This document shows, piece by piece, positions 40,040 to 41,011 of a stretch of DNA of 41,011 nucleotides; positions within the stretch are counted from its first letter, which is position 1; the number at the start of each line of letters is the position of its first letter. Position numbers and translations under genes: made by a program. Below the pieces are notes generated by a model. That model saw only the letters and a list, made by a program, of their open reading frames with translations. It had not been told where the DNA came from and did no database searches. Source of the stretch: Conidiobolus incongruus B7586 (lineage: Eukaryota); assembly GCA_000697335.1 (NCBI GenBank), contig JNEM01010324.1, forward strand, positions 1 to 41,011. Direction: 5' to 3'.

Positions 40040-41011
40040 GTTTTTTTGAAAATGGTAACTAACTTTTGATTTCTAGATTTATTTTTAAATTCAAAAGAAT
40101 GACTATACAACTTTTGTAAAGGATATATTACCTTAATATTGTTATTCGAATTATCTAAAATAGCCAATTTTAAGTCTCTTTTCAATCAAGATTTATCAAT
40201 ACTAGAAAAATATTTTCAATAATATTTAGAATAATTCTCATTTAGTAAAATCAAATTTTTTTTATATCAATTTATAATACATTATTGTATAATGCAGTAC
40301 TGTCTATGTCGCATTAGTAGTTATATATTTTTCAGGTTTATTATTTATATTTTCTCAATACTATATCAATAACATATAATTCATTTAATTTAAATAATTC
40401 TCCATAAATTTCAATTTTTTTCAAAAAAATTAGCAAAATAATATGAATTTACATTTTATTTTTCATTATAAAATTACAATTTTCTTATTAATAATCGAAA
40501 AATATATTTCTTTAAATTGAATTAAAAAATATATTATTACCTCATAATTATCAATGAAAATATTTTTTCACTTATATTTTTCAAATTTTTTGAATTAATT
40601 GAATTTCATCACTTTTAATTATTCACAGTCAAATGAAAATTATTTTCACATGATAATAAGAAACTCTCATATTAATTATTAATTTTCAAATATAATTAAA
40701 TATTATATATTTGATATTAGATAAATGTTCATTATATATATTTAATATTTCTAAATATAAAAAAATATTTCATAATATAAAATTAATACTGTTTATATTA
40801 TTAATAGCTTTTTATTATATTCTTAGTAAACTTTTAATACTTATAATATTTTTTTATAAAATTGAATTTTGATATTTTAAAACAAATTTAATTTATTTGC
40901 AAGAATATATTTCCTTGTAAGTATATTTTTGAATTACCTAAAATAATTATAATAATAAATTATAATTTATTAGGTATATTAGTTATGGTAACTTTATTTA
41001 ATTTTTTATAT

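Overview
This is eukaryotic nuclear DNA, very AT-rich, with many short (about 45-65 bp) GT-AG introns and fungal-type genes. It looks like an early-diverging fungus (inference; for example a Conidiobolus/Entomophthoromycotina-like genome). Splicing exons by hand gives these conserved genes: mitochondrial carnitine carrier (CRC1), Rab5/Ypt52 GTPase, ARC1, a CorA-family transporter with a GTN instead of GMN motif, YIF1, GTPBP1/2, mitochondrial ribosomal protein Rsm25/mS23 and a NIPA Mg2+ transporter. There are also three intronless orphan ORFs. The ORF track misses or truncates two adjacent genes: an Elongin-B-like ubiquitin-fold protein (20043-20519) and an 8-exon Abraxas/ABRO1-like MPN-minus protein (20650-21951). 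The NSUN5/RCM1 rRNA methyltransferase copy keeps its introns but is a pseudogene. A strand-oriented 9-mer, ATCCCATAA, lies just upstream of five start codons. Two GC-elevated islands look like LTR relics. All family calls come from recalled motifs, not database searches.
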